Shown here piece after piece: positions 13,145 to 27,066 of a stretch of DNA of 64,000 bases; the first letter of the stretch is position 1; every line of letters begins with the position of its first letter. The notes under the pieces are model-generated. The model was not told the origin of the DNA. It saw nothing but the letters and a program-made list of their open reading frames with translations, and searched no databases. Source of the stretch: Camelus dromedarius (taxonomy: Eukaryota); contig NC_087436.1 in the NCBI RefSeq assembly GCF_036321535.1, positions 18,416,001-18,480,000 on the forward strand, given 5' to 3'. The position numbers were made by a program, and so were the translations under genes.

Positions 13145-15744
13145 AAAAGTGTTTTCTTTATTCAAGTTGTTGCTTCACTGTATCACCCCTTGGTGGTCCA
13201 AGGTCACAGGAGAAATACTAACTGGTAAAAACTATTTAGTGATTTTTTAAAAACCATGTATTTCACAGTACTTCCAAATCCAAGCAGTTCAACCATAAAG
13301 AGTTTTTCAACTTAGGAATTTAGATTCAACCTAAACACCTAGAATTGGCAATACCTATCCAGAACTATATAATCTGACCCATCATTGTATTCCAAGAAAA
13401 TGACTTCTGCGGAAGTACTGAAATATACCCAAAGATTTATTTTGCTCTCATTCCTAGTAGACAATGACCGGAAAGGAATCTAAATTAACATTATGCCATC
13501 AATAAAACTAACAATTCTTTTTAGTAAAATACTTAGTATAGGAAAATAGTCCTAATATAATAAAGTACTATTATCCTTCATTTCTTTTTTTTTTAAGGCA
13601 GAACAAAAAACTCAAAGCATGAAAACAGTATAGGACTTTGGGAAGGAGGTATGTAAGCTATAAAAGCAGTTCCCACACGTTTTTTAATGTGTACATGTGA
13701 CCTGAAAATCCCGATTTCTAGGGTGATCCTGCCTGGCCAAGTCCAGCCCAAAGTAAATGTGTCCCAGTTTGGTCAACATATTAAATGGTCACCACACCTG
13801 TGCCCCAGCAGTTTCTGGGTCCTAAGTAAGGTCACCAACAGTTACTCCCTAAGTCTGCAGGATCAATGGCTCCTACAGCCAAATAAAACCTTTAGTCCTT
13901 CTTTCTTTTCCTTCATTCCCAAAGATGAGCAGTCAGGGGGAAAGGGCTGACCCCCGTCGAAACACACACACACACGCAAAGCTGAGATGCTCTGGGTGCC
14001 TCTGCCTCTCTGGGCTCCAGGTGCTACTTTTGTCTTTGGCCCGCTCCAATGTCACCAGAGACCCTCTCACAGCTGTTCTAGCAACACCCCCTTGGGCATC
14101 TGGTCACCTGGCTGTGCCTTAAGCTCTGTCACCACCTGCCTTGACTGTCATGTGCTCTGTACCACCCCCTGGGGCTGCCCTGTCCGGGCTGAGGCCGACC
14201 TGTCACTGACCTCAGTGGTTCCTTCTCTCTGCTCCATCAGCGAGGAACTTCCCCTTCTCAAATCCCTCTCCATGGACAGGGTGAGGAGACGCCCAGGACA
14301 GAGCTGTGTGGTCCCTGCTGTCACAGTTTATTCCACCGGTTTTTCCCAGCCTCCTCCTTCCCAAGGCCCTAGAGCCTCAGGAGGACAGATCCCAAGGACA
14401 CATGATGATCAGAGCATCTCATCCAAGTGCCAAGCTCTGCCCTTGTCACTTCCAGCCCTGCTTGCCTGACCCCTTCCTTGTCCGTGTCAGCATCTGGTTT
14501 CCCACTGTCACTCTCAGTCGTCCAGCCCCACGCAAAATACAGGGGTAGCCAGGTCCTGGGGCAGAGGAAAGGCAGGGGGAATTTGTCCCCTAACTCCACG
14601 TGCTGGCATGACAGCCTCAACACTGAACAGACAGACCAGCATCTACACCTTGATCCACACGCAGCCATGGAGAGACTGAGTGACGTGAATGAAAATGTTA
14701 AAGGTGTCATTTATGGGTAGTTTACAGCGGATTCTTCCTTTTCATTAAACTTCCAATTAATTTTGTTCCAAATTTTCTACAATGAATATGTATTACTTTA
14801 AAAAAAAAAAAGGAAAAAGCCAAATGTAAATCAAGGTGGGAGTGTTTGTAAGGCCAGAATGACTAGAAACGGAAAACTTACAGAAAAATTAAAGAGCTAT
14901 GCTGCAACCCAATATAATTAGTGTCCCTATCACTAAAAATCACAACAAATGACTTTTAATAATACACTTTCACTTATACGTAAGGGAAGACTATAAGGGT
15001 ATAAGTAAAAATCTAGAGAAAATTATACTGGAATGGCTAAGACGCTTTTTAAACAATATTCTTCCATGTAAACCTCAGGATAAGAAGAAATTATTTTGGG
15101 AGACAAGTGATTGCATGTTTAGACTCATGAAAAGCTTAGACATTAAAGATAAAAACAAGTGGAAGGCATGGAACATTACTAGACCCTTCCCTTTGAAAAC
15201 AAGATAGACAATCTCCTGGGAAGAGAAGATAAAAACAACTTCAACTCAGTTTTTAAGTAACTGCGAGGTTCCCCAGCCCTGGAGCAGCCCGTGCTCTGAG
15301 TTTCCCTTTGTGTCAATGTGAGCGTCACTCTCCAGGCTCCCAAGCTGATGGAAATGTTGGGTCACTTTGCACTCTTCCTCCTTCTTTCCTTCCAGATCTT
15401 CCTCCTAAATCCATGAATTCCCCACCCACTGGACACGGCCCTGCCCTTCAGTCCGTCTAACCATCTCTGGCTACTTCCCCCTCCGCTATTAAATTAACAA
15501 GAAGTTAATGCCAATAACAAGATCCTGATAAAATTCTCCATGGCTTCTTACAACCTACAGTCCAGTGCCAGCTCCTCAGGCTGGTGCTCCAGACCCCGGC
15601 AGGGCTGCTGCTCAGTGGCCCCGGGCCCGCTCGGCCCCAGAACAGAACAGTGATGTCTGGAGCTGGACAGCACAGCTGCCCCACTCACCGCCACCACAGC
15701 ATCTGACCTGCATGTGACTCCTCCAGCAGCATCTGACCTTCCCC

Positions 15745-15880
15745 TACAGCGGGACCAGCAGCAGCAGCATCACCTGGGAACTTGTTAGACATGCACACCC
15801 AGAGCCCTGCCGTAGGCCGGCTAACACAGAAACTCTAAGGATAGGACCCGGATGTGACTGACACACTAAGAGAACCACTG
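15745..15880. mobile_element. MER5A-like hAT-Charlie MITE
   Basis: gggaccagcagcagcagcatcacctgggaacttgttaga...gagaaccactg. Confidence 0.7.
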
Positions 15881-16861
15881 CCCCACAGAAACCCTCCCAA
15901 TCTACCAAACTGACTTACGCTCCCCAGGTTAGGGTTTGCACTTCCTTCTTCCGTCCCTTTGTTCACCAGACAGCTCCCTCCCCACCATCCATTTCTAGCC
16001 TATCCTCCCTTCATGGCACAGATCAAGCCCTTCTTCCAACCATCTGATCTTTCCTGATCAGTATAACGTGTACCTGTCACCTTCTGAACTCCCACAGAAC
16101 TTATTCTCTGTACCACTCGCTCAACACTTAACAACATGACACCAGAGCAAAAAGATGACAACACTCAAGCCTCCAGGGTAGGGATTACAGACGTCATAAA
16201 ATGTGCTGGCAAGCCAGCAGTGACAACGGCCCGAAACCATGTGTTCAGGAAGACTGAAGCTGGACCCAGGAAGGAAATGCTGTTTCAGTGAGTAACCACC
16301 CAGTTTCTTTGGGAGGGATGGAAGAGGGCAGTCTTACTGCAAACATCTCTTTCCTGCTCTTGGTGTTTTCACCCAAACTGAGATGGGGGGTAAGGCTGTC
16401 AAAGACCCGGAGACAAAACAGACCACAGTAAGCACACCTGCTGGAGTACAGTCACTGCTCGGCACTCCTGGCAGGCAGGTCTGACTCTAACACATCTGCG
16501 GAAGGCAGCCCAGGTCCTGGCAGATCTCAGTATGTCGAGCCCCAGGTTAAAGAGTTGTAGCCCACTGTATACACCATGCATGCTTGAGTTCCTCCAGAGT
16601 CCCACAGTTAACGCTACACCAGGCGATGTGAGGGACAAAAGAGACCCATTTCCTATCAACAATGGTAACATCTGTCATTGGCAGATGACACCAACTTTCC
16701 TCAGTCCATGTTTAAATCCAAACACACACACATACACACAAAAGCATGTCTAAGCCAGGCTCAGAGGCTACAGATCCATCTATTTCAAACTATTTTGTCC
16801 TCTTGGTGCCAATTATTAATAGACATTTCTAACAAGGGCTTCCCTGTTACAAACCTACGTC

Positions 16862-16911
16862 TTTTTTTTTTTTAATGGAGGTAGTGGGGATTGAACCCAG
16901 GACCTTGTGCA
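16862..16911 (-). mobile_element. 5'-truncated tRNA-derived SINE
   Basis: poly-T then aatggaggtagtggggattgaacccaggaccttgtgcatg, the reverse complement of the SINE B-box half. Confidence 0.8.
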
Positions 16912-17136
16912 TGAGACCGGCAGCAGGACTTCCTTGGACTCTATTACCTAACTGGGTTCCTTTCATCAGATTGTGATTAAAGAGAACCACACAGTGGCTG
17001 GACCTGCAAACTCCTCTTTGGTTCCCATTTATCAAGATATCTCCCCACTGACAGCAAGTAGAATCTAGTTTTTAGAAACTATTGTTGTACTAATACAGGC
17101 TCCAATGTGTAACTTCACATGCGTTACTCAGTAATT

Positions 17137-17160
17137 AAACAAACAAACAAACAAACAAAA
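17137..17160. repeat. (AAAC)n microsatellite
   Basis: aaacaaacaaacaaacaaacaaaa. Confidence 0.9.
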
Positions 17161-18489
17161 AGTACACTCCCCCGTTCCTCCCAGTTCATTTACTATCTAG
17201 AGAAGCAACAGGTCCCCACCAGAGGCGGCGCGCAGACACCGGTGGAGGTGGCACGCCCGTGAATCAGCCCCGGAGCCCAGTCAGTGTGATTCACAGACCA
17301 GCCCAGCTGCCAGGAAGGCGCCATCTCCAAGCCTCAGGTTCACCATGAGGCCAAGGCTGGAAAACACACACTCGCCGGACGATTCCATCAAGCCCCACGG
17401 ACCTGCATTCAACTGGCAAAGCAAGAAAATCCAATTTCCTAATGGTTCGTAAACAGACTTGGATCCGGAGTTGAAACTCCAATCTGGCACATCCACCTTG
17501 ACGCAGCTGAGTATAAACACACACTCAGGTCCAAAAGGAGAAAACGCATTATGACAGCTTATGAGAGCATCACCGAGCTTTCCGCTGCCAGGCTCAAGCC
17601 CGGCCAGAGGTTTGCTGGACTGGTCAGTGAGGAACACAGCCAAACGCCTACCCGCAAAGCCTCGTGGGGCCACGCGGGGAGAGAGCAGACTTGCTCTCGC
17701 ACACGGAGAAGCCACCCTAAAGCTGTCACCGTGCCCTGGCAAGAGTCCCTAAACCGCTTAGCAGGACCAGAACGAACCACGTGTCATCTGAGCCTCACAG
17801 CAGATAAGAAACCGTCAGGGCTCCAGCGCACGTCCCCGGACCAGGGGCAGCCACTCCCTCTCAGGCCTCACCTCAACAGCAACAGCAGAGCCCCTCACAA
17901 CTCACAGCAAAAACGCACAGGGAGGCAGAAGGGGCTGGAGGCTCATCGAAAGTTCTAGAACAACGACGCCCAGTCTGCATACCACCTGTGGTCTCCGAGG
18001 GGAGAAATATGCTTCCTTTCCGTCGCATCTGCGAAGGGACAGTTTTCTTATCTCTGTAGGTTGTATCTGCGGCTCACCAGTGGGTCTACAGAAGGGGAAG
18101 CTACTACTCAGGGAAGTGTTACACAGAGACTAAGAATCAGGAAGCAGCTATAGTTTCTATAATATCAAAAGTCTCAGAAACTGCCAAAAAGTTATCCAAC
18201 CGGACAACTGCAGAAGCAAACTTTGGAGTGCCTGGAATCAAATCCGAGCTTCAGCGCCAACAGGTTCAACGCATTCACTTTTCCATGCCTCAGCACCCTC
18301 ATGTGCAAAACAGAGACGCAGTGGTGGTGAGGCTCCCCTGAGAAGATACACTACAGACATCTTAGGACAAGACCTGGAACCTGGCAAGCCCTCATCAACG
18401 TGAACACCTTCATCATCACTGTCTGCGACTACCTAGGCGTGCTGCATTCCACAGGCTTGTCTCCACCCTCCACATGTGCAGGAGACATC

Positions 18490-18600
18490 AGATTCCTCCT
18501 GCTCCAGAGGAGAAAGCTAAGGCTCAGTGTGAGTTATTTACCTGTAGTAACAGAGTGGGCGACAGAGCCAGAATTCCAACCCAGGCCAGCCTGGGATCTG
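18490..18600 (-). mobile_element. MIR fragment
   Basis: gagaaagctaaggctcag...gagccagaattccaacccagg. Confidence 0.6.
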
Positions 18601-19699
18601 CCCATATTCCAGCTCTGTCTTCTAGGTGAACAAAATGGAGACAGGAGCCCAGGGAACTAACGGTAATCACCACCCTTCTCCCTCTGACTGCTCCTTGTTA
18701 CAATGCAGCAGCACATGTGAGAACAAGGTGTAGACCTGGATGGGGCTCAGAGAAAAGGTCTTGCCCATCACTGGTCCTCAGGCCAGCCCTAGTCAACAGC
18801 CATTGCTTTCCTCCAGCAAGTTCCCATCTGCACACCCAGCCCCTGCAGGGAGGCCATCTCCATCCGCCTGAGATGGAAGCAGAGCAGCAAAGAGCAGGCC
18901 CCTTTATTTCTACAGGGCTCAGGACTGGCCAGCAGGAGGGATGAAAGCTTTGCACCTGGTCTCCATTAAGTGAGGATGTGGACAGCAGTTAAGGACCATA
19001 AAGGAGGAAAGAACTACGGCAAAGTGTTGGCAGGGAGAAGACACCGGGACTGCTGCTTACATCAGCTCTGAGTCCTGCAAGGGCCCAGTAAATGCTGAAA
19101 TGTTTACCTTGTCTCTGCCTCTTCACACAAGCCCAAGGGAAAAAGTAAAACACACGTAAGTGGCTGGTAAGAAGCACTGTCTGAATGTTATGCAAGCTCC
19201 CACAGCACATAAGAGCAAGCTAGCTCCCGGGTGGTCACTATCCCACAGAATAAAGTCACAGGAAATAAAGAGGCTGAGCCTCAAAGGTTAAAAAAAAAAT
19301 TAAATACGTTATAGAAGGGAGAGAACTAGGAGAAAGATTTTGAAGGAAAAAAAAAAAAAAAAACTCACCTTTGATCTCAAAATCACCCTTAACAGCCTTA
19401 TCCTAAAGACACACTTTTAACCCTACAGACACAAGCCCAGGTGACGTACTCCATCTACACACTCGTACACACAAACCAAACGCGTCCAACAACATCAGAT
19501 ACCTGCAGAAACAAATTCTGCCACAAAGATTCCACTGGGAGGAAGATTTCATACTTGCTTAGCCCGGGGAGCTTAGATTTCAGCTGGAGAACCTCTGACA
19601 AATTAGGTCAGGAATGGAGAAAGAACCTGGTCTGACCAGGGTCAAATATGGGAACTTAACATGTGCTAAGATGGTAATAACATTCGACACTGAAACACA

Positions 19700-19930
19700 G
19701 GGCGACCCGAGCACCGGGCACCAACTTGAATGCCTCACATACGCTAACATGTTTCATTCTCTCAGCGACCCTATGAATACGACTATGATGCCCATTCGAC
19801 AGCAAAGGACACAAGGGCACAGGAAGGTTAGTACATAACTTGCTCAAGACCACACAGCCGGAAGGGCAGGCAGGACCAGGTGTGAACCACCCAGGTGATC
19901 AGGTTCTCAAGTCCGTGCTCCTAACCAGAG
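19700..19930 (-). mobile_element. MIR
   Basis: aagggcacaggaaggttag...aacttgctcaagaccacacagc...gtgctcctaacc. Confidence 0.65.
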
Positions 19931-22004
19931 GTGCTACTTCACAAGTGGCTTCAAGATCTACTTCACGCTATGCTCTAGACTTGATCAAGGACTCAAGGAT
20001 GGAGAAGAGGAAATAATCCTATCAAGGAGCTGCCGGGAGCTGGAGAATGTGCCTCCTTTTCAGAGCTGTCCAGGTTCTTAAAGTGCTGACTCACATCCTG
20101 AAGACTTGAGGTGGAGAACCAAGACTCCTCTCCCCTCCTTAGCCCACAGGGACTCCCCACTGTTCTACTTTTGATCGATGGTGTATATCACCCGGAGGGC
20201 AGGCTTTTTAATAGACCATTCTAAACTTCGCCAGTGAAAAACAGATCCATTTTTTTAAAACCTTACTGATGACATCAGAGCAACCTGGAAACCACAGACT
20301 GCAAAACATTACAAGGTCAATTGATGTCATAACTCAGAATGTGTCAAGCCCACATATGGACGTAAGTGGATTCCTAATACAAACTTTAAAACATAACACT
20401 GCTTCCCAAGCTGTCACTGGGCAGCCGGAATCCTAAACTATGAAGCCTTCAGCTGCCTTTTTTATTATGCTGGGGAACATTCCAAGGGATGTTTATTTTA
20501 ACCAGCTCAAAAGCTACTTTCCACTCAATAAATATAACTTCTCTTCCCAAGTGGTACACGAGATGGAACACAATTTAAACGTGCAATAAACTGGGTGAGA
20601 TTACTTATAAAGCTTTGTACAGTGTTCAAAAGAAAAAAAATCATAATGCCTTGTCTGGATAAAGGGACATTCATGAAAATCAGGTCACATTAACCCACAA
20701 TAAATAAACCTGTTTTGGGGAGGGAAACGTCATTTTAAATGTTTTCAAAGAAGGCTTTCTTGACAATATATTTTAACAGTTCCTTAATACAAGGAGAAGA
20801 GGGTCCCTTCCACCAACCAAAAAAGAAAACGAAGGCAAAATGCAAAAGGCCTTTCTTCAGATACTTTGTACATAAAGGGTTCATTTTACCGTTTAACTGC
20901 AGAATGTCATTCTGTCAAAAATCTCCCCTAGCATATTCCAAAAGAGTTCCACCTCACCGCCTGCATGTATTGCTTTTGGAATTCTAATCAGTTCCACCCA
21001 CCCAGTGGCTCAAACTGAAATACTAAGAGAGATGAACAGCTGTCCTCATCCACCACACCAAGAATAGCTTTCAGAAAACCAAGCTCCAGTTGGAAAACTC
21101 CTTTTAGTAATAACCCTTCTCAGCCTGAGAGAGCACACTCTGGGAAACTCCTCTGCGTGAATCACGAAAACGCCTGTAAAAGCTTTCTAAAAGGACATTT
21201 TAGGAGAGACGTGTTCTCTCCTAGATGTAAACACACACAATGACTTGGGGGCCGAGCAGCTTATACCCTAGGATCTGAAACTCGTGTGTGTGTGTTTGGA
21301 ATTCTCTGGGTGATAAATGCTTGCTAATGCCTTGTCGGACGCGATCCTGCAAGAGAACGTTCTCGGAGGAATTACAGCTCACTCACCGAAAGGCCCAGGC
21401 CACGGGGTGCAGGTCTGAACTGAAACTGAGGCCTAATCCTGGCCTCATTCCTCCTCACTCTCCTACCCAACCCGGTCCTACACCTCCAAGCTGGGTGTAG
21501 AACTGTGGTGGGGGAAAGACGTGCAGCCAAGTGAGGGGGAAAAACAGAGGAGGTCCAAAAAACACTAACCATGACATGTGAAAAGTGCCCACTGGCAGAC
21601 CCGCACCACTGCCAGAGGGAAACAGTGCAAGAATCTAGGGACAGAAGGACTTGAGGTCCAGGGCTGTCCTCTGGAGAAGTCTCAGGCGTGCCTGCCAACT
21701 GGAAGGACAGGAGAGCCTGGCTTGGTTTAAAAGCAGAAATGATGCCCGGGTGGGCAGGGAGCAGATGCAGAGAGAACCCACAGCCCGGGAGAGATCACAA
21801 GTAGCCATGAAGCCAATCACGCCCCTGGCTGCGCAGATGGAGGTCAAAGAGAATGCGATTCATAGGAAAATAGATATTCAAAACACAATCCCACCAACGT
21901 TTATGGTTCCTACTTGGATGGAATATAAAGAAGCCAAGGTGCCACCCCCTCTGTAGCGAAAAGGTTAACACCAAGTGGCCCCTCAGCTCCTGGGCCAAGC
22001 CTTT

Positions 22005-22530
22005 GCACAGATTATTTCATTTAATCCTCACAACAGTACAAGACTTGAGCACGTATTTTCACTGCTATTCTGGGCTGCAAATTATTTCCCCCGAAATTCA
22101 CATGTTGATGTCTTTACTCCTGGCACCTCAGAATGTGACTGCTGTCCATTCAGAGACAGGGTCTTTTAAAAGGTAACTAAGGTAGAATGAGGTCATCAGG
22201 GAGGGCCCTAATCCAGTATGACTGGGGTCCTTGATGACTGGGACAGACACACACACACACAGAGGGAAGGCAGCATCCATGAACAAGCCAAGGAGAGAGG
22301 CCACTGAGAAACCCATGCAGACACTTTGACCCTGGACAGCTAGCCTCCAGGACTGTGGGAAAACAAACCTGTGCTGCTTCAACCACACAGTCTGGTGCTT
22401 TGCTATGGCCACCCCAGCGAACTAACACAACTGCTATCCACAAAAAGACAGTGGGGCTCAGAGAGGCTGAGTAACTTTGATCAAGGTCACACAGCTAGTA
22501 TGTGGTAAAGCTGCAACTTGAATCCAGGTC
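22005..22530 (-). mobile_element. MIR host of the MLT1 insertion
   Basis: tcatttaatcctcacaac on the left; ggctcagagaggctgagtaac...aaggtcacacagctagta on the right. Confidence 0.75.
22066..22429 (+). mobile_element. MaLR solo LTR (MLT1B-like) inside a MIR, 5-bp TSD actgc
   Basis: cctcagaatgtgact, gggccctaatccagtatgactggggtcctt, cctccaggactgtg; ends actaacaca. actgc at 22061-22065 and 22430-22434. Confidence 0.88.
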
Positions 22531-23827
22531 AAAATCCAAACTACTCTTTCCAGGTCGAGCAGTTAGCCTGGCACAAAGCAAGTGCTCAGTCAATGCTGGC
22601 TATTCTTTAAAGGCACTATATGACTATACTAATGACTATACCCCGAACGCAGGATGCAGAGATACGCAGCCGTGGTACGGGCTACAATTCCCAAGTGCTG
22701 TGATAGACAAAGCCTACTGCATCGGCAATCCTATGGATTAGAGTTAAGTTAAAAATTAAACTGGGAAAGGCCTTAATTACATGATTAAAGACACAGCACA
22801 GGTGAGACCTGGTGATGACCTGGCCTAAAGAAGGGCAAGGACAGAGAGGTTAGGCTGGAGAGTTAGGACAGGCTCCTGCAAGATCCAAGTCTGTGCAATC
22901 AAAGGTGACAGCCACACAGTAATTCATCCCCCCCCCCAGCTTTCCTCAGGACCTTACTTGTCATCTGGAAGACGTGCACCAAAGACGGGATGACTTCAAT
23001 ACCCCTATTTTAACCCTTCTCAGACCAAAGCCGGGCTCCACACTCCTCTGTTAGGGACAGGTGGGAGTCACTGCAGACTCCTCTCTTTTCTTCACCCAAG
23101 ACATTCTGTAATTCCAGCCACTGGGTTTTTAACCAGGGTGACAAAGGAAAACAGGTTCCACGATAGCATCCCATGGTTTCTCAGGTGAAACAATCAGGAA
23201 ATGGGGCGTTCAACAAAGGGGGGAAAAAAATCACGGATTCTCAATTTTCAAACAAATTAGAGGACAATAAATATGTGACATGAAAGCCAGACTGAATATA
23301 ATTTAATCTTTGATGACTCAAGAGGGTTTTGTGGATCCTCAGGGCAGTCATTATAAGCATTAATCACTGCTGTAGAAAGAACCCCAACTTACAGAAATTC
23401 CAGGGCAACAATGCCAGCTAATAGGGAACTTACCATGTAAAGAGAAGCCCTGTGACTTGCATTTGAAAGAGACTATGCATGGTTTATTCTTAATGTTTGT
23501 AATAGGATTAAAACAATAAGACATATAAGGACATTTAAGAACTTAGAAACCTATAAAATTTATACTTATTTTCTAATTAGGGGTTTATCTGAAGTTTAAA
23601 AATCATGGGCCACAATGGATAACTCATTTTTCCTTTCTTCCTGAAGAACAGTTACTGAGTAATTTCCCTAAAGACCAGAATTACTATAATGCCTCATCAC
23701 TGAAACAGATTATTGGTACCTTAGTCTTCAAAGCAATAATGATATTACCACTGTATCATTTACTTTCCCCACTTCTAAGTACTTAAGTATTTAGATTTAA
23801 ACGTTCAAAAATATAAAAGTTGACATC

Positions 23828-23885
23828 ATTCAGTTCTATAGTTTCTATCTCCCATTATTCAGTTCTATAGTTTCTATCTCCCATT
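23828..23885. repeat. Perfect 29-bp tandem duplication
   Basis: attcagttctatagtttctatctcccatt twice. Confidence 0.97.
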
Positions 23886-25517
23886 TCAACTGAAAAATGG
23901 CAAATATATGTTTTTGAAAAAATGGAAAACTTGGCAGAGGTCTTGGAGTGAACAATTTCATTACAAGAATATGCTCAAGTCTCTTGCTCTGAGAAAATTC
24001 AGTAAGTAAAATTTCATTAAATCCAAAACTTAAATGACTTTTTCTTAACTGGGAAGATGGCTGTGATAGGAATAAGGAATGGGCAAGGAAGTCACCAATG
24101 AGTCTTTAACTTGAAGTTAATGGGGATCCTTTAGGTTTACTTGGCAATAGGTTTACCATGTTTCCAGACACTGAAAACCATCAAGAAGCGTTTTACAATA
24201 CAAGAAAGCAAAGTAAGTATTTCCGTGCTCCTCTTCATGACTCATTCAGGCTGAAACTCAGCTCCCAAGAGTCAGAAGCAACAGCGGATGGAACTGCGGG
24301 ACTGAAGGAGTTTGCAGAAGAGAGGGCCCCGAGAGGAAAGAGATGCCACCCAGAGGAAAACGGCATCGAGGAAGCAACTGCCGCCAAAATTATGAAGGGC
24401 AGGAGCCATCATCTGTCCTTCCCTGAAAAGTCAGCAGCCAGGGTACTGGCCAGTCCATTACAGATGTTCATCCCACGCTTGATACATGATTTAATCAATT
24501 AAATGTTTGAAAATCGGCCTGAGATAGTTCACGAATAAACTATTAAGAAGAAATAATCCATTAACTACACTATACATTTCACGCCTCAAAACATACCATT
24601 TCGGGGTGGGGGGAGTTACTCCCCCAGTATATTCAGGTGTAAAATCCTTCACACTCTATAATCATTTATCTGTGCTCCTTCATATATACAGCACTCTAAT
24701 TTATCTGTCATATTATTCAAGAACCATTCCCTTGAGTTTTCAAATATGTTCTTCCCTGCTCCTCCATCCTATCAGGATTGTTTTCAAATTTGCAATTTGT
24801 GCTGAGGAGAAAAGACTTCAGTTGAGCAAAAGCCAGAGGTTAGTAGAAGGAAACTGTCAAGTTTTTCATTTCACTTTCAACATGATTGTTGATAACCTCT
24901 TGATATATTCTGTCTTCTTTCATGGGAACAAATGTAGCTTTTTTTAAACAAATTTTTAAGGGACTGACAGGCAGATCTCAGTCATCTCACAATGTTATTC
25001 AAAATTCTGAAGCTAGATCTGCAGGGAGACTCAGTTCTCAACCAGAGCGCCTACGTAATTCCTTCCACGTGGGTTAAAAAGAAAAGTCAAGTCTGCAGCT
25101 CACACACGTTAAGTCTTCCTCTATATTTCATGCTGCCAACTCTGATTACAATAGGTTCAATTAGGATTTTGCAGTATTTATCTTTGAGAAGAGAGGTCAT
25201 GGTTAAATAAACTTGGGAATCGATGGGTTTAAACAGCGCTAAACGAGCTTTTTTACTGCCCGACTTCCTTTAATATAATCACATGGGCAGTGTAACTCCA
25301 AGACAGGACAGAACAGGTCATAAGCTACAGAACGATGTTTTCTCCAAATACTGTTTTCACGGACATCCTTTCCCTTCGCACCAGCATTCCCTCCGAAAAC
25401 ACATTGGGAATTGCTGGATTAAATCATTATCTCGTGTGCTACTGCAGGAGACCCAACAAAAGACACGCCCTTTACTCTGCAGCGTGTCTGGAGTGCAAAT
25501 GGATGTGACACAGTGAC

Positions 25518-25545
25518 TCACACACACATACACACCCACACACAC
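25518..25545. repeat. Imperfect (CA)n microsatellite
   Basis: cacacacacatacacacccacacacac. Confidence 0.85.
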
Positions 25546-26724
25546 CTGTTCTGACGTGTACTTAACTATAGTATGATGCTAGGGAAACAACTTGGCTGTG
25601 GCCTATGTAAGCTTCATTCAAAAGCTATTTGCTAAATAGATGCTGAATTACTCATATGTCACGATGAATTATGGCTAGTAACTGAAAGAACCGAAAATGT
25701 CCGGGACGGCTGTTATTTCTCCAGTCTCCTGAAACCTAAGTGACATCACAGTTATTCCACAGTCTATTTTATGTGTTAACTTGGAGTCTATGATCGCTAC
25801 AGGGGTTCTGAACTGACTTCAGAACAGTTAAAAGGCCTAAAATTATAAGTGAAATTACACGCATCTGTGCATTTTTGTAGAAAGGCAGCTCTTGCTTTTA
25901 TTAGCGATTCAAAGAGTTCCATGGCCAAAAATGTATTTTTAAAACACTCTCAATGAACCACCGGCCTTCCAGGACTACTCTGGAACACCAAACAACTGTG
26001 TTTGTCAAATCAAGATCATCAAAAACTCTACAGAGAGTCCTGAGCAAACCATTTCCAATGAGCCATGCCCATGATATTAGAGTCTGTGCAGAAGGAAGAG
26101 TCACAGTTGCTATTTCTCTCCCTGGTCTAATGGACTGGGGTCTGGGGAATCTGCAGGAATTACATAAATGTGTTATCAGCAAAGCAGTCCAGTGTGCTTT
26201 GAGAAAATAACCTAGACTTCTTCAGCATATCTGCCACACAAAGGGCACTTAATAAATGTTTGCTGACTTAACTGATTCCAAAGTTAGAGGGTTTGAGCTC
26301 AAGGGTCACTCTTATTATTCCATGGGAGCTGATGTGAAATCAGTCAGTACTTCCCAAGTCACCTCCTATATACCCACCACTTCTAGTGTTGAGGATATCT
26401 ACCCTCTGGATATGTTTACCGACCTGACTTGCTCAGGGCTTGCTCAGGCCAGGCTCTTCAAAGTCAGTTCTCCCCCAGACAAATGGTGCAAAACTTAAGC
26501 TCCCTAATGTGGCATTGAAAGCCCTCTCCCTTCCCAACCTCATCTCTCACACCTCCTCTACCAAAACCAACTCTATCCATGACTGATACACCTTCTACTC
26601 TCCTACCCATTCATCTTCTGCATCCTAGTTACTCAGACACTTGCTCATGCCCCACTTCCCATGAAACCTGTCCAGCCCCATTCAGTGCCCAGTGATCCCA
26701 TGACCCAGTATTCTACGCCCACCA

Positions 26725-27066
26725 TAGGGTTTCTCAAATGGGAGCCCAAGACACTGCAGCAGACCCAGAACAAAATTTGAGTGAAGACCAGGAAACTGCA
26801 TTTTTAATGAGCACCCCAGGTAATTCCGATTCCCGAAAGGTCAGTAATCACTTCCTATATAAGGATGAGTTAATGCCCCATCCCAGTTATTCTCAAACCT
26901 GGCTGCATGCTAGAGCCATCCTGGGAGCTCTCAAAAATACCAACATCCAGACTCCATCCCAAAGCCAATAGAATACAATCACTCAATCTTTTTGTTAAGG
27001 CATCAGTGTTTTTTTCTTTAAGTTTCCCATTAGATTCTAATGCACAGTGAGAGTTGAGAGCCACTG
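26725..27066. mobile_element. MER5-family hAT MITE fragments (two adjacent pieces)
   Basis: agggtttctcaaa, ctgcatttttaatgagcaccccaggtaattc, ttctcaaacctggctgca...gagttgagagccactg. Confidence 0.65.

Noticed and set aside
24158..24502. 114-aa ORF with a charged, purine-rich middle
   Set aside because: No homology recognised and no exon or pseudogene hallmarks such as an A-tail or TSD.
24609..24625. Quasi-palindrome gggggagttactccccc
   Set aside because: Short and low in complexity; plausible by chance in 64 kb.
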